Source: Lytechinus pictus
Taxonomy: Eukaryota
Assembly (NCBI RefSeq): GCF_037042905.1
Contig: NC_087245.1
Location: 9,550,001-9,614,000 of the forward strand
Length of the DNA stretch: 64,000 nt
Direction: 5' to 3'
Under the pieces are notes generated by a model, which saw nothing but the letters and a program-made list of their open reading frames with translations, was not told the DNA's origin and ran no database searches. The translations under genes and the position numbers were made by a program. Within the stretch, counting starts at the first letter, position 1. Each line of letters opens with the position of its first letter. Positions 11,601 through 22,573 of this stretch are shown piece after piece.

Positions 11601-14600
11601 ATTATTAAAGGGTCTATTTGAAATTCATTCCTCGATGAAAGAGCTTGTTTAGTAAACAGATAGCGTTTTACAGTAAACCTGGCCAAATTAGCCAAAGGCG
11701 TTTTTATTTGCTGCACAGTGGATGTTGATCAAACAGAAACGGGATAAAACATAAAGAATTTCATTTCTTCTTTAATCACGAACTTTGATCTCGTGAAACC
11801 TTATTCAAATATATGATATAAGAAAATAAAAGTTGAATCTAAAACGACGACGAGGAGGGTATATTGGTAACCCACAGGAGTAACAAAAGTCAGTTAGCAG
11901 TGTTAAATACTGATACCAAATATTGGAGAATTATTCTGACATGTTCAGACTCAAGGCGAAGTCTTTAGACAAAAATAATATAACTAGGGGATAGAGCGAA
12001 ATTCCGAATGAAATAAAAAATAAGATCATAACTTCATATTTAGAAAAATTTTCATTTCAAAGAATATTTTTCTCATAGCTGTTGCCCCTTAGGCTACCTG
12101 TCTTATTATTAACATTTTACTCTGGATTATCTTTTGATAATTGCCAATACTTTACACAGAATATATCTCCTCAAAAAAGTTTGGAAATCTGACTTTGATC
12201 GATAAATTCTCCTTAGTATTAGTAAATATCAATGTGCAATTAATAGCAATGAATAGAGCATTTAATTATCTTTGAAATGATACCCTACATGATATGATTA
12301 TGGTTCACATGGAGGTGCAGTGCCTTGAAATGTGGGGCAAGATCAAAATTCCAAAGTTGCAAAATGACACAATATTGAAAATCACTGTTCTTTTTTCCAT
12401 GGTGATGAGTGAGTTTCTCAGCAGGTTTTTTTTTTTACTTTGATCGATAATTCCTCATTGGTTTTAGTAAATATCAATGTGTAATTGATATCAATGAATA
12501 AATCATTTAATTTTCTATAAATGATACTTTACATTATATGATTATCGTTCACATGGAGGTGCAGTGTCTTGAAATGTGGGGCAAGGTCAAAATTCACCGT
12601 TCTTTTTTCAGTGGTGATGAGTATGTTTCCCCTTGCGGTTTCATGCACCTTAACATCAACATTAACATGGAATCAAACATACCTCTGCACAAGCAAAAAC
12701 ATAACAAACAAACAAACAGCATGTGTATTTCAAACCACGACTCAAACCATGTTTACTCACAGAACCATCACTACAGAAGCAGGGGCTTGATTTGAATGGA
12801 TTTTCATCTCTATTGACACAGACAAAAGAATCATGTTCTGTATTGACCCTTCATGACTATTTCTGCTCGTTTTGCAACTTTTCAATTCAGACCTCATCCA
12901 ACACTTTTAAATCCTGCTCTTTTCGTGATGGCATGATCATAACAAGCATGGTATCATTTTAAAGAAAAAATTGAATGATCTTTTGAATGATATAAAAAAT
13001 TCATTGTGTAAAATTTGGAGTTGGGAGAAATTAAAGGTCAAACTCAGATTTTCAAACCTTTTTTGCTCGTTTTGCAGCTTTTCAATTCAGACCTCATCCA
13101 ACACTTTCGAATCCTGCTCTTTTCGTGAAAACATGATCATATATAACAACAATGGTATAATTTTAAAGAGAATTAAATGATCTTTTGAATGATGTAAAAT
13201 ATGCATTGTGTAAAATTGGGAGTTGGGAGAAATTAATGGCCAAACACAGATTTCCAAACTTTTTTTGAGGGGTTTATATATTTGTTCAACAACCGGCCTT
13301 ACCAGGATTCTTAATAATTATTATAGTGACGATAAAATAAAAATGTTATTGCTCTTTAAAATAGTATAGTCTATGCAGCATCCAATATTTTTTACGCTAT
13401 CTTACTGATCTTGATAAGTGTTTAGGTGTGTGTGTGTGTGTGTGGGTGAGGGAGTGTATGTAGGTGTGTGTGTGTGTGTGTGTGGGTTTGAGCCAGGTGT
13501 CAGCGTATCAAACGAACTTAAGGTCATCGTGGCAAGTGGGCGTTCCACTTATTCGAGGGGTACAGCGTGTGTTTGATTCCCGCTTTATTAGACCCTGAAA
13601 GGTATACTCGTAAACCTAAAATGAGTGTATCTGAAATAGGAATACAATTGAGATTTTGTTTTTTACGGTTCATCCGTGTTCTGATGTCTATGGAATAAAC
13701 GAATGGTGTAGTATGCGGTACAATGATAGTAACTATAACATACCGATATCTTGGTAAAAATGTAGAGGATTAGTGAGAGGATCGCCAAATAGACTCGAAT
13801 GCGACTGCCTCCAAATCTTTTTGTCATATATTCGGGCAAGGTTGATACCTAAAAAAAAAAAAAAAATGACAGTGGATGAAAGTCAGTAATTATATATATA
13901 TGTACATATCAGCAAACTTATATTGATCGTAACACATGCACGAGTTCGATGAGAAAGATCGTGTTACTGTTAAATAGTAGAGCAAAATAGTGTTGGGATA
14001 CGCAGTAAGAGGAGTGGACGGAGATATGAAACAGAAATTAGCCTTATAATTTAAGTATGTATAGTCACTATTTATGGAAGACTTTTTTCTAGATAAGTTC
14101 TTGTTAATGCATGTGAATAGGCCTACATTCAAATGCAAGGTTCAATCAATGCATCAAAAAGATTTGCAGCTCAAGGTATGATAAACCATCCTTTTTTTGG
14201 GGGGGGGGGTGGGGGGAGTCAAGTGAATTCAATATTATGATTATTCTTACCCCGCTTGCAATGTAAACTGGAAGAAATACCCAGCCTAGCAGCTGGACCA
14301 AAAGACAGGCCTAAAAGTAAATGAGACATGATTTTCATTTTTATTTGTGTTTCGTTAACAACCATAAACCATGATTAAACTGGTCTATTGATGTTTATAT
14401 GAAAATACATTTTTTTAAACAGTGGCATACGGAGATGTGAACCTCTTAATTTTGAAAACTACCGAAGTATCGATTTATCTTAATAAATCTACCGTGTTTA
14501 TTCAGTTAAGTGAGATGTAAAACATGCTTGGTTTAATCTCTCTTTTTATAATATTTCTCCGTTTGGATTATTAGAAAATTTGATTTTTAAAGTCAACATG

Positions 14601-16111
14601 AATTATATTAGAATATGCAAATTTCTTAAAATAAAAAAGAAACCTTACATTGAATTCAAATGCTGCTACCCCTATGCCTGCTGCTGCCCCAGATCCTGCC
14701 AGCCCAACAAAATGCTCACTTCCAATGTTGCTAGCAAACAGCGATGCTCCCACCTAAAAGACCATCACAAGGGGATTAAAATAATATTGTCAATCTCTAA
14801 GAGTATAACTGCACCGTTTATATATATAGCAAAAAAAAAGAAGATCGGAATCAATAAAATAACAGCTAGTATGAATATCGAAATGACATTGACAGATGTG
14901 TAATCACTAATTAATGATTTAGCATTATGGATGAAAATATTTTCTCACAAAACTCATGGCCTAATCTACATGATTTAAGTACATTTTTTTTAATAGTAGT
15001 ACCGTACATCTTCTACATAGCGTACATAAATGATAAACTATTAATGACATCGGATTGGAGTGTGCGGTGGTGATTGAGGGTTTAGGTGTGGTTGTGTGTT
15101 TGTGAGGTGTGAGTACATGTGGATGTGCGTGCGGGCGAGGAGGTGTGTGAAAGTATGTAAACAGCAAAGGATATCAGGTGATATTGTTGAGGGTGCATGT
15201 GCGTGACGAAGATTGATTATAGGCCCACGGTTTGGGTGTGTGGGTGTGGAGGCATTAATATATTTTTTAAATTAAATTATCTTGTTGATGGTGTGTGAAG
15301 TGGATAGTTTACGATTGTATGTGTTTTGGTGCGTGGAGGGTATCTGTGAGTGTGTGTGAGTGTTTTTGGAGTTCTGAGTGGATATGAAACGGGTATAAAA
15401 TGGATAATCGTTGAGGGTGTGCATGGTGATGGATCATGGGGATTATGATTTTCAGATGTGAGTGTGTGGGGGGCCCGGGGATATGTGGGTATGCGGAGTT
15501 GTGGTGTGAGGTATACAACTTTGCGTCTTGTATCTGGGGGCTTTTGACAAATATCAACGTATATGAACTTAATTGGTTGTGTGGTGATAGGCCTATAGTT
15601 GAAGGTTTGGGTCAGTGTGCGTGCTATAGTGTGTGTGTGTGTGGGGGGGGGGATCACCAACTTACTGGCAGCCATGTCATATATCTTCCAGCAAGGAAAT
15701 ACCCGCTCACTGTCCCTCGGTTCGATCTGCATAACGACTGAAACGACAGAAATAATCATATCATTAATGAACCATTGTTTAACTTTGTTTAAGGAGAATG
15801 AAACACATTGAATTTTGTGTCAATGTCATATTTCTTAGTAATTCGCGCGTTGATTCTTCAACATCATGGAACATTATACAGTGATTATGACATACTCTAC
15901 ATCAGCTTTAGGCCACAAGCCAACACATAAACCATGGCAATTAATTGGCCTGTTATATTATATACCATTATCAATGAAAATATTTTTGAAGCATTTTACA
16001 GAACAAAGTCACAACTATTCAATCACTTACATAGAGACCAACGACGAGTACGAGAACGAAGTAGACGACGATCGCCACATAATCCCAGGCACCTAGTAGC
16101 GTTTCTGTCAT
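2484..16111 (-). CDS. SLC5 family sodium/solute symporter, SMIT1/SLC5A3-like (Na+/myo-inositol cotransporter-like); coding exons 1-11, gene continues left of the window
   Basis: Eleven GT-AG exons with compatible phases read by hand: 16031-16111, 15666-15737, 14649-14753, 14251-14310, 13744-13848, 10610-10715, 9790-9870, 9079-9290, 7780-7915, 7163-7270, 2484-2649. Translation has SLC5 motifs [67 protein letters not shown]. Confidence 0.95.
2886..5700 (-). mobile_element. 5'-truncated CR1-group (L2/Crack-like) LINE in SLC5 intron 10
   Basis: Uninterrupted ORF to stop at 3253; 3' UTR ending in stem-loop-like GGGCTC...GAAAAGCAG...TTACCCTG and a (TAAA)n tail. Confidence 0.92.
3253..5700 (-). CDS. 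LINE ORF2: C-terminal part of APE endonuclease plus reverse transcriptase
   Basis: APE motifs PTR..TLID, SDH; RT motifs [45 protein letters not shown]. About the first 33 aa of the 848-aa track ORF are non-LINE sequence. Confidence 0.93.
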   Translation of the reverse strand, partial: NCNMLSKNSLSNKVNELCSIFHLTQLIQEPTRITPYSTTLIDVICVSDPMVEITKKSGTESVGFSDHSLVYLILMYSLPKSQPEIFSFRSFRHFVEEDFLKDLSNVQWNSLITESDDVETSLAKFKEIFSSLSLKHAPFVSVRKKLRGAPWITNRYLAIARDRDYYKKKFIQLKKKSIKNVQTCQTEEGHINEVWEKYKYLRIKANNLNKKLKKEYFYSKLQRCGNNMQNSWKVLKGLLPKKRATINSNIKIGTDMISDKSQIAKAFNEMFVNVGNCITRSGHKNFNSLNTLSQVNSTFKFEEIKTEFVKKELQKIDVNKAAGLDDLHPKLLKSAAVCIAEPLTHILNKSLNSGCFPSDFKKAKIVPVPKGGDSGVLNNFRPISLLSCVSKILERAVHMQLYEYLQKFELLSHRQSGFRPKHSTATCLVEITDFLSNNLDSGLITGAIFLDLKKAFDIISHEILLSKLPFYGIKTTELEWFASYLCKRQQCVSFQGALSDFENVSSGVPQGSILGPLLFCLSINDMCNLQFENETKIALYADDTALFCKGNNILSSQTILQKEYDLLRQWFKINLMEINATKTKVMVFGTKRKVKNQILRISHGEDYLENVTHTNYLGITLDQSLNWSLHISNTIRKINRAIGCIRRIKSFLTEKILAQLYYSFILPHIDYCSVVWGKCNKTDLIKLQRTQNRYARLVLNADNTTTTETLLNSLGWQSVDSRINYQYCISVFKILHDLAPYYLNGLATKRPIYYVTRHSTLNPLFIPKPSTEFKKRSFSFVAPSIYNKLPTYIRTATTLNSFKTQIRTINLSLLK
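5898..6931. mobile_element. Tc1/mariner-like MITE with long imperfect inverted arms
   Basis: TA-flanked CAGCTCGTCCCAAAAAAATGTCCCTCT / AGAGGGACATTTTTTTGGGAAGCGCTG; about 340-bp degenerate arms. Confidence 0.8.
7163..7270 (-). CDS. SLC5A3-like exon 10 ([36 protein letters not shown])
   Basis: 108 bp, TTTAG/GTTGGT boundaries, Cys-rich extracellular loop and GCTNIAYP. Confidence 0.95.
7780..7915 (-). CDS. SLC5A3-like exon 9 ([45 protein letters not shown])
   Basis: 136 bp, TGTAG/GTATGA boundaries, PGMISR motif. Confidence 0.95.
8156..8615 (+). mobile_element. tRNA-derived SINE with Meta/MESC-like core and (AAT)n tail
   Basis: A box TGGCTAAGTCGG, B box GGTTCGAGTCC, core GGACGGTAAATGGAGGCCCCGTG...GCACGTTAAGAACCC. 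Confidence 0.75.
8933..9060. repeat. (ATT)n microsatellite
   Basis: Direct reading. Confidence 0.95.
9079..9290 (-). CDS. SLC5A3-like exon 8 ([20 protein letters not shown]...[23 protein letters not shown])
   Basis: 212 bp, TCCAG/GTAAC boundaries; GQTPASxWYWC resembles SMIT1. Confidence 0.95.
9790..9870 (-). CDS. SLC5A3-like exon 7 ([27 protein letters not shown])
   Basis: 81 bp, CCTTAG/GTAAGA boundaries, SSF signature GGLxAVIYTD. Confidence 0.96.
10610..10715 (-). CDS. SLC5A3-like exon 6 ([35 protein letters not shown])
   Basis: 106 bp, ACCAG acceptor, GTTCGT donor, phase 0 to 1. Confidence 0.93.
13744..13848 (-). CDS. SLC5A3-like exon 5 ([35 protein letters not shown])
   Basis: 105 bp, poly-T-AG acceptor, GTATGT donor, PEYxxKRFGG motif. 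Confidence 0.95.
14251..14310 (-). CDS. SLC5A3-like exon 4 ([20 protein letters not shown])
   Basis: 60 bp, TTTTAG/GTAAGA boundaries, LGWxFxPxY motif. Confidence 0.93.
14649..14753 (-). CDS. SLC5A3-like exon 3 ([35 protein letters not shown])
   Basis: 105 bp, TTTTAG/GTAAGG boundaries, SNIGSEHF signature. Confidence 0.96.
15666..15737 (-). CDS. SLC5A3-like exon 2 ([24 protein letters not shown])
   Basis: 72 bp, TTTCAG acceptor, GTAAGT donor, GYFLAGR motif. Confidence 0.95.
16031..16111 (-). CDS. SLC5A3-like coding exon 1 ([27 protein letters not shown])
   Basis: ATG at 16111 with an upstream in-frame TAG; first TM helix; donor GTAAGT; phase 0. Confidence 0.85.
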
Positions 16112-17478
16112 ATTCGGGTTGACAAAACACACGATAACGACCTACTACATCTGAATTCCCAACTTCTCTTCCAACATAATAACCATGCGAAGCACCGGCG
16201 AAGCATATGTGGGAAACAACTCGGAAAAAACTTTTTATTTGTCATTCAGCGCGACCTACAGTTTGTCTTCTTTGTTTACTCACAATAGAGAGCGGCAGCG
16301 CGTCTAATCGAACAAAATGAAATGTGGTTTTATGTAATTTTGAAACATGAATACAAGCAATACATGTATTTATTACAGTAAGAAATCATTGTTGATGAAT
16401 TGCTTCACGTCATACGGTCAGAAGTTTCAGCATGGAAAACGAGTGAAATGAAAGAATGAAAATTTCATTCTAAACGCTTTTTATGTCCAAATATTCATTC
16501 AGTAATTGAATTGCCAAGGATCTCCATATAGAATCGATTCTTCTGTTGAATTTTTTTTTTGATCTTGAATAAAAAAAATATCCCTAATGACAGTTCATTA
16601 AATTTTGGTTTCTAAACATTTTACACATTTCATCATGTATGACAAAAAACACTTTAATAAAGATAATGATAATAATTAATCATCTTTGGTATTGTTCCGC
16701 CGATGAAAATCGTTCTGTTTAATGTGTGATCATTTCAATAAAAGTGACAATCTAGATTTTGTTCAACAAGTTGAAAGGTTGATGATCGTGGTGTGGTTTC
16801 AGCAAGAGTACGCTTCATCATTACCATTTCCACAGATCGTTATTTTTTTAATCAAAATTCGAACAGATTAATTCTGTGCTTACGATTTATGTAAGCAGAG
16901 GTGGAGCCAGTGTATTTTGAAAGGGCAAGAAAACGTGAAGATGACGTCGTTTATATTTTTAATGGATTAACAGAGGTAGAATGGAGTGACATCATGATGG
17001 TCACAATCTCTGTTTAGACACTTTGCTTTCTTCTGTCTTTCTTCCCTACCTCTCATTTCCCCCCCTTTTCACTACTTAAAAAATATCGGGGGCGCTTGCA
17101 CCCTACCTCTCCCCACCCGTGACGCAAGCCCAACGAGAAACCACTTGCATAGTTATTTGAAAAAAAAAAAATTTAATAGGACAATAGATGAAAGGCAATG
17201 CCACTTTTATTTCATATGAAAAATAAAAGGCCTATATACCCAAGGAAACCAACTGTCATTCCAGTAAACCAAAAAAAAAATTACGTTAATAAATGCTGTG
17301 ACATAAAATCATATGACTTCTTTCGCAACAAAAGTAGGCATATATAACAGTTAAGTACTTATATTCAGAGCCGCACTCGCCAATCGGGAAATGTAAGATT
17401 GCGATAACTTGTCTCATAATGAAGATTGTTTTTTTACAATCAATGTGCAATATGCTTTCATATCATTTTCTACTTGCC

Positions 17479-18400
17479 TCAGGGGCGGCGATCCTGGGGG
17501 GAACCGGGGGCACAGTGCCCCCCCCCCCCCCAACTTTTTGAAGCACTGAAAAAGTGCCCTTTTTTACGCCAGAAAAATGCCCCCTCATGAACGTGCAGTG
17601 CCCCTTTCATCGGAAGAGAACCCGTTTAGGTGTTTCCAAGTGCCATTTCTCGTATAGTTTTTCACCAAAAAAATTCCCCTCACGATCGTGTCCTGTGCCC
17701 CTTTCACCAGAGAAGGACCCATTTTATGTCCGAGCAAGTGCATTTTGCCATCTGTTTTTTTATGTTATTAGGAACTCGGCAGAACAGCTTTTTCTTTTTG
17801 CTGGTAAACGCCAAGCTGGTATCCAATTATTTGTAGAAAACATTTTACGTCTAGGTTAATCAGTCGAGCGGCCGACTTTATAGACGACAGATAATACTCT
17901 CAAGTCTTTTTATCAAATTAGAAACAATGGCAGAGGTTGGATTCGAACTCAGTGACGTTGTGATTATGCTCTAACCACTAGACCACACGAAATTTTCTCG
18001 TATATCAGTGTCCCTTTTTACCCAAGAAAAACGCCCCTCAAGAACATGATGTCCTGTGCCCCTTTCACCTTAGAAGGATCCGTTTTATGCCGTTAGCAAA
18101 TGCCCTTTTGCCATCGTATTACTATATAGGTGCCCTTTCTCGTATCAGTGCCTCTATTTACCCAAGAAAAGTGCTCTTCACGAACATGTCCCTTTCACCT
18201 GAGGAGGATCCGTTTTATGTCATTAGCGAGTGCCCTTTTGCCTTCTTGTAGGTGCCCTTTCTCGTATCAGTATCCCTTTTTACCTAACAGATGTGCCCCA
18301 TGAACGTGTTCTGTGCCCCTTTCACATGAGAAGGACCTGTTTTATGTGTTAACGAGTGCCCCTTTGCCTTCCCATAAGTGCCTATTCTTCATATCAGTTA
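17479..18400. repeat. Truncated TIR-element with about 125-bp GTGCCC-rich tandem units
   Basis: Begins CAGGGGCGGCGATCC plus G/C tracts; repeated GTGCCCCTTTCACC..AGAAGGA units; no second end seen. Confidence 0.55.
17860..17990 (-). mobile_element. Degenerate tRNA-derived SINE fragment
   Basis: Minus strand TGGTCTAGTGGTTAGAGC (A box) and GAGTTCGAATCC (B box). Confidence 0.5.
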
Positions 18401-19696
18401 AGTTGTCCTGAAAAAAAAACCCAAACACTCTGTTCGTGCCCAATGAGCGCCCGGTTTCTTCATTTAGCACCGTTCTGCTTCCTTCTGCAAGTGCATTTCA
18501 TTTTCATTTCATTTTCAACAAAATATAAATCAAATAAATACAATCATAACAAGACATCATCATAAAAAATATACCAAGGTCATTAAATCAATTTGAAAAA
18601 GACATGTTATAAGAAAGTTACATACAAATTAATCATGTGTAAAGGATTTGTGATTTAAAATTTTAAAAAGCAAAGCTTGTATATTGTATATTGCATAATC
18701 AGCAGCGCTTCTCAACCGGCGCTTCTCAGCCTACTGGTGGGCCGCGAGAAGCTCCAGAGAAGGAAAAAAAAAATAGGGGGGAAATTATGGTATATTTAAC
18801 ATGTTCTATTTAATGTCCGAAAATAGTATGTTTGATCGGTCTCCGTGGGTCAAACAAAGCTAAAGGCACGCCTATACAGGTAGCATGTTGTGATATATAC
18901 ATACACATTGTATGACGGTTTCGATCTAACTTTGATGTGAACCTCAGGCCTCGTGTATGCATATTTTGTATGTAGTTAATTATTATCGCCCATTCACCGG
19001 ACCTTTGCAAATGCATTTATTTCTTAAACTGATTGCCTCGAATGTGCTTATATAAGAGCCTTATATGTTCAAATTTCATGAAACATACTTTCATCAAAAT
19101 GGACCGTGTTTTAAAGCGAAAGGGTGAGGGAGGAAACAAATCTACTGTTGAAAAGTCTTCAGAAGGTAACTAAGAAAATATGACCCTGAATACATTAAAT
19201 TTGGATTTATCATAACTGTGCAGTGATGCAAAACCAAAAGCAATGTGCGTCGAATGTGCTGAAGTTATTGTCAAATAAGGCGCTTAAACCGTCAGAGCTT
19301 CAGAGACACCTAAACACAAAACATCCGAAGAGGGCAGGAAAGCCATGCAAGAGAGTGTTTCGGTAGGAAAAAGGCTGGATTCAATTCACAGCAGAACACT
19401 TACGTACAGATAGGGGGGCTCTTGGCCCAAAATATTTCATGACCAAGAAAAAAAAAGAGAAAAGGAAAGAAAAGGGATAGGGGTGAAATATAATATTATT
19501 TTTTTAATATCGTGTAAAAATCTTTCACAAACTTGGATTTTTGTAATAAAAATGTCGAATTTTTTTATTGCTCGCCATGCTCTCTCGCAACATTTTATCA
19601 ATTGTACGATACGCCATCAAAGCCCCCTCAATTTTTTGCAACGGCTCAGCCACTGCAGCAGAAGATCATTAAGTTACGCACTACCTATGCTCTTTA

Positions 19697-22573
19697 ATGT
19701 ACGAGATATTGAAGAGATGGAAAAAAAAAAAAAAAAAAATATGAGTTAGATGCCTGGTATAAATATAAATGTAAAGGTGCGTTTGTGAGATCTAGGGATA
19801 AATGGCTAGAGCATGGTGAAAAGTGCACGAAATATTTTTTACAGTTGGAAAAAAGAAGAAGTGTTAAAAAAGAAATAAATTGTGTAGAAGTTAAAGGTAA
19901 AATAGTACATGACGGTAAAAAAGTTTTAGAACATATATTAAATTATTATGAAAATCTGTATAAAGGGGATTGCAATCAAGATCAAGAGTTCGATGAATAT
20001 TTTACAGGATTAAAATTAAACACTTTATCAGAAGAGCAAGCAAATTTATGTGAAGGTTTATTAACGGAAAGGGAGTGTTTTTATATACTCATGTCAATGA
20101 ACACGAACAAAGCCCCAGGTAGCGATGGCCTGAGTGCAGAGTTTTACAGGTGCTTTTGGAATGATTTAAAAGATATGTTAATTAGTAGTTTAAATACTGG
20201 TTATGAGGAGAAAAAAATGTCATCCTCCCAAAGTCAAGCTGTTCTCACATTGTTATATAAAAAGGGTAATAAAGCTTTATTAGAAAATTGGAGACCAATA
20301 TCACTCCTTAACATTGATTATAAAATAGCTGCAGGTGCATTGGCAAAAAGAATGAAACAAATTATTCCGCATATTATTTCGGATGATCAATCGGGATTTA
20401 GGAAACATAGGTCGGCATTAGAGAATGTGCGACTTGTACAAGACGTTATTGACTATTGTAAAATGAATAATCAATCAAGTGTTATCATGTACATAGATTT
20501 TCAAAAAGCGTTTGATAACGTTAGACACGATTTTCTGTTCACTACTTTACGTAAGATGCAATTTAAAGAGTCATTTATTCATTGGATACAAACGTTTTAC
20601 ACAAATGCAAATGGTAATGTCTTGAACAATGGTTGGTTGTCACAAAAATTTTATTTTAATCGAGGTTTAAGGCAGGGATGCCCGTTGTCGGCTCTATTGT
20701 TCTTGGTAATTTCTGAAATATTAGCTCAAAAAATTAAACAAAATCCATTGATTACAGGTATAGCTGTACCAACTAAAGAAATATCTCTAGCCCAGTACGC
20801 CGATGATACTATAGTATTCGCCAATGGAACAAATTCTGTACAAAATATAATGACTGAGATTAATAGATTTGGAAATATAGCAGGGCCGAAAGTCAATTGG
20901 TCTAAATCTAAAATAATGAAGTTAGATGAAAATATAGAGTTAAATGACCTAGAATGCACGGTCGATCCAGTAAAATGTCTTGGAATATATGTTGGTAAAA
21001 ACCATGTCGATGTAGAAAAAAGAAATTGGGAAGGGAGACTTGGAAAAGTCGAAAATATACTTAATTTATGGAAAATGAGAAATCTGACTTACTTTGGAAA
21101 AATATCTGTCATTAAGATTTTAATAGCATCACAATTTGTTTATGTTGCTTCGGCAGTTCCTGTGCCCGATTATATTTCAAAGGCATTGAATAAAAAATTA
21201 TATACATTTTTATGGAATTCCAAAAAAAATAAAGTTAAGAGAAATGTATGTTTAAACAAAGAAATTGATGGTGGGTTAAACATGGTTGATATGAAAGCCA
21301 AATTTTCATCACTTCGATTAGCATGGATTTATAAATATATGGATGAAATAAAGGGAGCATGGAAAACTCTTTTTACCTATTGGACAAATAAGATTGGTGG
21401 TTTTCCATTATGTTTACATTATAATTGTAATAGTGTAGACATTGTTAATTTAGGGAAAAGGTATAATCTACCCTCCTTTTATATCGATTTTCTATATGTT
21501 TGGGCAAATTTGAGATACCAGAATTTTTTAAAAATTACTGATATTCCAAAACAAGTTTTATGGAATAACAGTAATATAAAAATACAAAATGAAACACTAA
21601 ATTTTAATAAATGGAGGAAATCTGGTGTATTGATGGTAAATCATGTTATAAAAGAAGGTAAATGGAAAAACCTCAATACGGTATTTGATGATTTTGAAAA
21701 CAGAAAATTATTATACAATTTTGAACTACAAAAGTTGAAGAAAGCATTTCCCAACACCTGGCTGGAAAATAGATCAAATGCACAACAAAAGGAAATAACG
21801 ATTATACCTAATCTTATTGAAATATCGAATGGTGATTTAATTGATGTAAATATCTTGAAAGCTAGGCATTATTATCATTATTATTTAGAACATAACAAAA
21901 CAGAAGCATCTTTCTTTATGTTTTGGCAAAATTATTTGGGACTTCAGATAGAAATAAATTGGGACAAAGTCCTGTATTTTAAACTTAGACAAATAAAAGA
22001 TAACAAGGTTAGAGAATTTAATTTTAAGCTCCTGCATAAAATACTTCCGTCCCAATCAAATTTATTTAAATGGAGTTTAAAAAATGATGATAAATGTAAT
22101 CTTTGTTTACTTAAGGGAACAATTATGCATATGTTGATAAAATGTGAGAATATAAAACCTCTATGGAAAATGGTAGAAGACACAATTCTTTCTGTTTCTA
22201 AAGTACAGGTCTGTGTTAATGAAAATATAGTAATTTTAGGTTGGAATATACAAGAACCGAAATACTGGTTAATTAATATCATTTTGAATTTTACTCAATA
22301 CACCATTTACAGAAATTATATTGAAACGAGTATGAAAAAAGGTTATTACTTTGTTAATGTAAATAGATTATGGATGAATTTGAAAATGAAACAGAGATGG
22401 TATTTAAGTTCAAAATATGTTACCAAAAATAAGAATACAAAAGAAATTGACAAATTGCTGGAACTCATTTATTGATTGATTAACTTGATTACTGTATATA
22501 CTTTGTGATTTGTAAACTGTATTATAGAGATGTAAATAAAGTCCCTCGAAAGAGGTTTAAAGAGAAAAAAAAA
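19697..22573 (+). mobile_element. 5'-truncated L1/Tx1-group LINE with poly(A) tail and TSD
   Basis: TSD ATGCTCTTTA at 19687-19696 and 22574-22583; AATAAA near 22534 then A-tail; inserted inside a Charlie-like hAT. Confidence 0.93.
19785..22475 (+). CDS. L1/Tx1 ORF2 reverse transcriptase with C-terminal CCHC zinc motif (endonuclease lost)
   Basis: RSRxKWxExGEK..KYF, KAPGSDG, NWRPISLLNxDYK, DFQKAFD, GLRQGCPLS, QYADD, GGL, CxxC..H..C; 896 codons without a stop. Confidence 0.94.
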   Translation: MRSRDKWLEHGEKCTKYFLQLEKRRSVKKEINCVEVKGKIVHDGKKVLEHILNYYENLYKGDCNQDQEFDEYFTGLKLNTLSEEQANLCEGLLTERECFYILMSMNTNKAPGSDGLSAEFYRCFWNDLKDMLISSLNTGYEEKKMSSSQSQAVLTLLYKKGNKALLENWRPISLLNIDYKIAAGALAKRMKQIIPHIISDDQSGFRKHRSALENVRLVQDVIDYCKMNNQSSVIMYIDFQKAFDNVRHDFLFTTLRKMQFKESFIHWIQTFYTNANGNVLNNGWLSQKFYFNRGLRQGCPLSALLFLVISEILAQKIKQNPLITGIAVPTKEISLAQYADDTIVFANGTNSVQNIMTEINRFGNIAGPKVNWSKSKIMKLDENIELNDLECTVDPVKCLGIYVGKNHVDVEKRNWEGRLGKVENILNLWKMRNLTYFGKISVIKILIASQFVYVASAVPVPDYISKALNKKLYTFLWNSKKNKVKRNVCLNKEIDGGLNMVDMKAKFSSLRLAWIYKYMDEIKGAWKTLFTYWTNKIGGFPLCLHYNCNSVDIVNLGKRYNLPSFYIDFLYVWANLRYQNFLKITDIPKQVLWNNSNIKIQNETLNFNKWRKSGVLMVNHVIKEGKWKNLNTVFDDFENRKLLYNFELQKLKKAFPNTWLENRSNAQQKEITIIPNLIEISNGDLIDVNILKARHYYHYYLEHNKTEASFFMFWQNYLGLQIEINWDKVLYFKLRQIKDNKVREFNFKLLHKILPSQSNLFKWSLKNDDKCNLCLLKGTIMHMLIKCENIKPLWKMVEDTILSVSKVQVCVNENIVILGWNIQEPKYWLINIILNFTQYTIYRNYIETSMKKGYYFVNVNRLWMNLKMKQRWYLSSKYVTKNKNTKEIDKLLELIY

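Noticed and set aside
10960..12100. Possible very old LINE fragment on the minus strand
   Set aside because: Only faint motif hints (e.g. ETMHQIF) with many stops; cannot be supported without a search.
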